Positions 23,101-26,463 of a stretch of DNA of 26,463 nt are shown piece after piece (position 1 is the first letter of the stretch; the number at the start of each line of letters is the position of its first letter). The notes beneath the pieces were generated by a model that ran no database searches, was not told the DNA's origin, and worked only from the letters and a program-made list of their open reading frames with translations. The translations under genes were made by a program, and so were the position numbers. This stretch comes from Craspedostauros australis (taxonomy: Eukaryota). The DNA lies in NCBI GenBank assembly GCA_030167865.1, contig JALAGF010004522.1:62001-88463 (forward strand), given 5' to 3'.

Positions 23101-25168
23101 CGGTGAAGGTGTTCTGATGCAATGCGAGAACCGCGAGGCTGCTCATGCCGTCCCACTCGGGTGGCAGGGTCCCCTCGAATCGATTCTCGGCGCACATGAG
23201 ACGCCTGAGCTTGACCAGACCTCCAAAGTCCGATGGCAGCTGGCCTGCCAACTTGTTTCCTCCGCACGATAGATCCTGGAGCTGCTTCAAGTCACCGATC
23301 TTGCTCGACAGGGGTCCGGTCAGGCGGCATTCCGACATGTAGAGCCGTTCGAGGTTGGTCAACGAGTACAGCGCGTCCGGGATTGGCGCGGCGAGGAGAT
23401 TGTGGGAAAAGGAGAGCGTCTTGAGGGTTTGGGCGATGCCACCCTCCCCAACCGCCTCTTCCAATCCATCGAACGATGACGTGCTGGTGTCCGAAATATC
23501 CAAGGAGGTGAGCTTGGTCGCATCGGTAAGATCGCCGAAGTGGAATTCGACGGCGTTGGAGTTGAGATCCAACATCTCCAGGTTGGACAGTTGTTGGAAC
23601 AAATCGGCCGGTGGCGAACCAGTCAAACCGTTGTCGGACAGATCGATTTTGATGACAGAGCTATCCGAATTGCAATCCACGCCGTACCAATCGCAGGCGC
23701 TTTCAGTCAAGTCCAACCAGTTGGTCTGCTCGTCCCAGGTTTCCGAGCCGCCCATGACGTTGTACATGTTGATGAGAGCCTGGCGCTCGGAGGTGAGGGA
23801 GACGGTTCCAGGATCCGATCCGGACCCGCTGCCTCCATCGCAATCGACCTGTCCCCATGCAGGGTTGGGGGGCCCGTTGCACGGTTCGCATGAATCTGTG
23901 GGAGTGGCACGCCCCTTCGGCGCGAACGTCTGCGGTGGGCAGAGGAAGGCGTTGCATCCGACCAGACCAACGGTGCCGTCCATCCAGTTGTTGATCGCCC
24001 CACAGGAGTCGGTGCCGGAGACGATTTCTGGCGCGACCGCCGTGATTTGGTTGTTGGAGAGGAAGAGGTTGAGAAACTTCTTGCTGAGCAAGGAGGAAGG
24101 TACCGTGCCCGTGAGCAGGTTGTCCCTGAGGTCGATCTTGATGCGCTGCGATCGCGGCGCTTCCTTGAGGAAGTTGGATGGGATCTTCCCCTCGAACTGC
24201 TGGTCCTCGAGGGAAAGCTGCTCTGCGTACCTCCAGTTGGAGAAGGGCAGCAAGGGGCCGCCGATGCCCTGATCGCGCTTCTCCATCCCCTTCTTGCGTT
24301 GCAGGGAGAATATCTGTATGCTGGTGAGCTGCTCGAGTTCCGTGGGCAAGAAACCGTCGAAGGAATTTTGTCCCAGCGCGAGAATGCGCATCGCACTCAA
24401 GGCGCCGAGCTGCGTCGGCAGCTGACCCGTGAGGCTGCTGTCGTAGAGGTAGAGCTCCTTGAGGTTGGAAAGCTTTTCGATTTCTGACGGCAGCTTCCCA
24501 TCGAAGTTGTTGTAGTTGGCGTAGATGGCCTCCAGCTTGGTGCAGTCGAAGAGGCTGGCCGGCAACGGGCCTGCGATCTTGAGGCTCGTGGCGTGCAAGA
24601 TCTGCAGAGAATATTTGAGGTGCTCCCCGATTCCATCCAGCGAGGATATCTGCGTGTTGGAAATGTAGAGCTCCGTGATGTGTTGCCCCATGTCCGTGCG
24701 GCCGCTGTCATCCACGAAGTCCATTTGGAGGTGTTCATTGTTTTGCACGTTGAGGTGCTGCAGGTAGGGAATGTCGAGGACGTCGAGGGGCATGGTCCCG
24801 ACGAGGGCGTTGTGCGAGAGGTCTATCCGCTGCACATGACCGATCCTGCGGTCGTCGTCGGTGGTGTCGGCAGTGTAGCATCTGATTCCGTGCCACGTGC
24901 ACACGGAGGTCTCCCGTTGCAGCCAGTTCGTGGAGTCCTCCCAGTCCAGACCGCCGGTCTTTTGGAAGACATCGAGAAGGATCGTGCGAACGTGGTGGAT
25001 GTCGCTGGTGGTGTCACCCCGTGTGCCGATGGTGATCTCCTCGTCCTCGTCTTGCGCCCGAACGGGTGTGAATGCTGCGGTGGCAGCAATGGACAGGGCC
25101 ACGGCGAACACCAGCCATGAATTCATGCTGGTGCTGCGAGTGGCACGCGGACGGGATGTGTTGGCCAT
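17108..25168 (-). CDS. Giant secreted LRR receptor-like protein (~2686 aa), seven capped LRR modules, probable GPI anchor
   Basis: Uninterrupted 8-kb ORF. First ATG is 25168 (alternative 25126; the track start 25195 is TTG). Signal peptide WLVFAVALSIAATAAFTPVRA|QDE. Plant-type LRRs LxxLxLxxNxLxGxIP, 7 N-caps (G..W....W...C.W.GI.C) and 7 Cys-rich C-caps (W..G.....CD.ILCP.G.F...GR....C..C....G...C). C-terminus KSGA-spacer-SAVLSAIGGLVFACLVI* with no cytoplasmic domain. Confidence 0.93.
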   Translation of the reverse strand: MANTSRPRATRSTSMNSWLVFAVALSIAATAAFTPVRAQDEDEEITIGTRGDTTSDIHHVRTILLDVFQKTGGLDWEDSTNWLQRETSVCTWHGIRCYTADTTDDDRRIGHVQRIDLSHNALVGTMPLDVLDIPYLQHLNVQNNEHLQMDFVDDSGRTDMGQHITELYISNTQISSLDGIGEHLKYSLQILHATSLKIAGPLPASLFDCTKLEAIYANYNNFDGKLPSEIEKLSNLKELYLYDSSLTGQLPTQLGALSAMRILALGQNSFDGFLPTELEQLTSIQIFSLQRKKGMEKRDQGIGGPLLPFSNWRYAEQLSLEDQQFEGKIPSNFLKEAPRSQRIKIDLRDNLLTGTVPSSLLSKKFLNLFLSNNQITAVAPEIVSGTDSCGAINNWMDGTVGLVGCNAFLCPPQTFAPKGRATPTDSCEPCNGPPNPAWGQVDCDGGSGSGSDPGTVSLTSERQALINMYNVMGGSETWDEQTNWLDLTESACDWYGVDCNSDSSVIKIDLSDNGLTGSPPADLFQQLSNLEMLDLNSNAVEFHFGDLTDATKLTSLDISDTSTSSFDGLEEAVGEGGIAQTLKTLSFSHNLLAAPIPDALYSLTNLERLYMSECRLTGPLSSKIGDLKQLQDLSCGGNKLAGQLPSDFGGLVKLRRLMCAENRFEGTLPPEWDGMSSLAVLALHQNTFTDGGIGGPLPPYPNLSNLISLQLNSNRLNGNLPAALLQNSQKLSDRIDMSLQENAFEGEIPAAWSRFERLFLNAADNKITEIPRQLCGDPLRWMDDTTRDFECDAILCPKDTYSDIGRQSGSAHPCLDCEGGTSYMGSTQCLSTGDGVADTELDILLDLYAATQGSTSWVQTKGWSTGSRDYCNENYYGITCDIGGSVSKIDLVGNELAGIIPTSIYSLPRLRELYLSGNTVKISFDGIENASQLKVLHLSNTQTRSLTGIEQAPALINLNLADNQMQGSSIPTQIFALSGLQELYLNNNLINGELTGDLSKLSNLVKLVLYKNHFTGQIPASLGEMSMLEKLHLAENNFDGTLPTQLDRLSNLKFLSVQREGGIYGSNDIGVFHETVSVDGGGLTGSLPEFSSLANLQELYLGYNSLSGSIPFRFLDGIDDKSAPIKIDLTANRLTGTVPASLTQLDQVAIYLASNHIDDIADGLCLKSQWMDGLVGTYSCDAILCPVGKFNDKGRTVSDTDSCQSCATGTTGHMGSFECLTAGEHQANSERAILEMLYNRMDGDMWNVRINWMDPDVTVCQWAGIGCDSTQHDTITSIQLPRNGLKGTLPNEIFSLPNLKQINLKENDITISFQGVTTADKLEYLDIGGTSTEDLSGIEVATNLKVLRADDIKLSAFPASIFSLSAMEILSLNDNDFESTQSIPSQVQNFDKLVFFACSNCGFVGNLPTWFDSFQQLEYIRLDQNGFTGPIPSQFESVANLKHLDLSDQLTGGDGFNGLSGNLPSFATQKSLVEIYLQHNSLEGPIPTNFLESSDNNERITVDLRSNDLTGGIPTELDFLTDVDFLLADNSISEIPTEICNTNWNDGNTQVHDCNGILCEKGKWNAYGRAVGDVECLPCVENPSDFLGAVSCGANLEHSLLLFFYRSLNGPNWRDDTNWLRGENHCDWFGITCYEDGEFAGLVKEFNLPNNNLQGSFPALNQFKGLTHVDMKRNDIKLNFYGIGNAINLDTLILTETSIDSLAGLSGSKSLTALHLTSADLGGPIPDDIYDMTNLEQLYLSYNQLEGKLSTEIGRLRALKDLYLFSNEISGPIPTEFGHLIFLEHLSLGENDLTGEIPFQLALLPNLEVLSLQKEKTKPCDSDFCSLQPGLEGSIPAFDALPKLKQLFLGYNRLTGPIPKTFLQGIQNKADPITADISHNLLRGEIPEDLADFANLRLFVSGNSITKIPDVLCQKGTWMDGQVEQFGCEAILCPSGTFNQFGRRIDAETECVECTYPDSAVSLGSTECGPVMIDGFDDAGMLFELYDATDGDNWKNNEHWRDDNKSFCDWHGITCEAKGQNGAPTVTAIELDDNNLNGIIPSLLFHLPELRMLSVRKNPVEIGFRAIDQAPKLEEMYLDDTNVDDLDGIGNAPDLKKLSLQRNKFLGSTIPDALFSISSLTEIDLTDSYFIGSLSTKIGDLVNLESLVLAGNAIQGSIPSEIGNAVKLRVLDLSRNNFYGTLPTTIAKLAALERFNIENTSQGRAGITGPLRSFNTMGSLQELNLAENQLTGEIPSDFLSGVDNPDTADLTVHLQGNHLIGTVPSTLVGFKKLSIELSNNLFTALGDNVCDQPDWLGGDVGSFGCDGLMCPPGEFNNVGRQTSANDPCKACPGAENSPYYGMSECASLEKKRERDILQLFYSATGGDGWKNNDGWLDDAIDICSWYGISCRDGQTVESIILGSNSLTGKPPRQLFGLKNLQNLWLYSNPMNFSFDGIAEATSLKSLLLDSTRLDSLEGIGGAANLVDLDVRFNNLAGKIPDEILGLKHVETLSFADNGFTGTVPSFAQATKLKTLRMGGNKLKDTIPSFATSQLLTTVDLSDNDLFGTIPRDFLKKIDVSATVFLDLSGNDLTGQVPKELSRFDDMIIYLRDNRIEGIDPELCEKSRWNGGDVGSFKCDGLLCPSGSFSPSGRTSRAGATCEPCPKVQHFGSTSCDDKSGATQQTWMGTSAVLSAIGGLVFACLVI

Positions 25169-26089
25169 GTGTATTGAAGCGAAAGTGGGTGTCAAGTGAT
25201 GATGAAAGGATCTTCTGAACGGATTATGCCTGCTTTGTGTTGCTCCAAAGGTTTTTGACTTTGCTGTTGTTCCCTTGTGTTTGTTTTTGTGTGTCGTCTT
25301 GTTCCCTTGTCATCGTCTCCTGTCTTTCTTCTCTCCCTGCTTGCTTGCTGGTTGCCCAATGTTGTCATCGCGCATTGCCCTGTCCTCGGAGTCGCACTTC
25401 TGCCGTTCTTTTGCCCCTCGCTCTGTGTCGTGTTGGGTCAATCATTGCTTGGCACGAGTGGACCGATGATCCACAAGTCGGACTCTTGTGGGATCCTTCT
25501 GTAACGTCCTGCGCATAACACGTTCGAGCCGTTGCATTGGGATGTGATGTCACACACATGGTTTCCAGCGTTCGCAAACTTCAATACGCATAAGTCTTGG
25601 CCTGTTTAAATGTGCGCGAAACACGCAAGCGGAGCATTGGCTGTCACATCCTTTCAAAGTGCACCAGTCTCGCACACTTGCAAAACCATCATTGGGAAAC
25701 AGTGGATCTTGTATTGGCGGCAAATTATCTTTCTCCATCCGGAATTCACCACGACCTTGTCCGACGTGTCTTGTGTCTGTAAGATGGTTGTTGTTGTCGT
25801 TGTCGTTGTTATGACCCATGTGAGTGAGTCGACCAACCGTTTGTAAAGTAGAGTGGCACTTTTTCTTCGATTAAAACAGAACTAAGCATACCAACCTACT
25901 CATTATGGTGTCCATAGCAACAGGAAAACTACCCAGAATCTCAAAGTCCATAGTTTAGGTTTTATGGACCCGTCAATGTGCACATTTTTTGACTACTCCT
26001 AAACTGGGCGATAGACATCCGACAAGTTCGATCCAAAATAACGTGTTTGTGTTCTTGGTTTTGGCGAATTTGTTCACATTTTGAATTAA

Positions 26090-26300
26090 TTAGTCCTTAT
26101 TTTGTTCATCCATTTTCGCCATCAGTCTCCTTCTCATCCTCGTCCGAATCGCTTCCCTCACGTCTTCGGGGACCATCTCTTCATTCTCCGCGTGTCTCCT
26201 CGTGGTGTTGGCCTCGCACCACATCCTATTCTCTCTGTCCTCTTCTTCCATCTCTTCCTCTTCTTCGCTCTTCTGCTGGTCTGATGGTTGCGTACCTGTT
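26090..26300 (-). CDS. Possible terminal exon of a gene starting beyond the window (5' boundary uncertain)
   Basis: Frame open from 26416 to TAA 26092-26090, encoding ...QQKSEEEEEMEEEDRENRMWCEANTTRRHAENEEMVPEDVREAIRTRMRRRLMAKMDEQNKD*. Upstream are a CTAAC and several CAG candidate acceptors; an AT-rich stretch follows. Confidence 0.3.
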
Positions 26301-26312
26301 CGTTCCGCAGCA

Positions 26313-26360
<48 letters not shown>
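26313..26360. repeat. (GTTGCT)8 hexanucleotide microsatellite
   Basis: Read directly from the sequence. Confidence 0.95.
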
Positions 26361-26362
<2 letters not shown>

Positions 26363-26463
26363 GTTAGAACGTAATCGTAGATGGGTTGAAGATACCGCAC
26401 CGAGAACGTAGAGTGATCAAGTCGTTGTTGTTGGTGAGGAGAGTGTTTGTTTACTGTGTTATT

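Noticed and set aside
25040-25100. ATAA-FTP in the LRR protein resembling a plastid ASAFAP motif
   Set aside because: It is followed almost immediately by acidic QDEDEE rather than a basic transit peptide. Disulfide caps and a GPI-like tail point to the cell surface.
17196-25199. Overlapping ORFs within the LRR gene
   Set aside because: Shadow frames of a long GC-rich CDS.
26047-26411. Poly-Leu, poly-Gln and poly-(AV) ORFs
   Set aside because: Translations of the (GTTGCT)8 microsatellite.
1-26463. Operon-like functional cluster, CRISPR array or viral insertion
   Set aside because: The genes are unrelated eukaryotic loci, two of them intron-containing. There is no repeat-spacer array, and the polymerase is POP-type rather than viral.

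Overview
Eukaryotic nuclear DNA, most likely from a diatom or other complex-plastid alga (GT-AG introns, a bipartite signal-peptide+F plastid presequence). It holds four genes plus a possible fragment of a fifth. (1) + strand: two-exon organellar family A DNA polymerase of the POP type (3'-5' exonuclease + polymerase). It has three SAP-like DNA-binding domains inserted in the thumb and an N-terminus that appears to stack a plastid-type and a mitochondrial-type presequence. (2) - strand: four-exon, 1704-aa plastid-targeted ferredoxin-dependent glutamate synthase ending in a two-Cys tail (C-x15-C-A-D). (3) + strand: orphan, largely disordered ~594-aa protein with a hydrophobic C-terminus. (4) - strand: intronless ~2686-aa secreted, probably GPI-anchored protein made of seven tandem capped LRR modules, with a variable loop at one fixed position. 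(5) A low-confidence terminal exon at the right edge. No RNA genes, CRISPR arrays or recognisable mobile elements were seen. All calls come from manual reading of motifs; no searches were run, so novelty is unverified.
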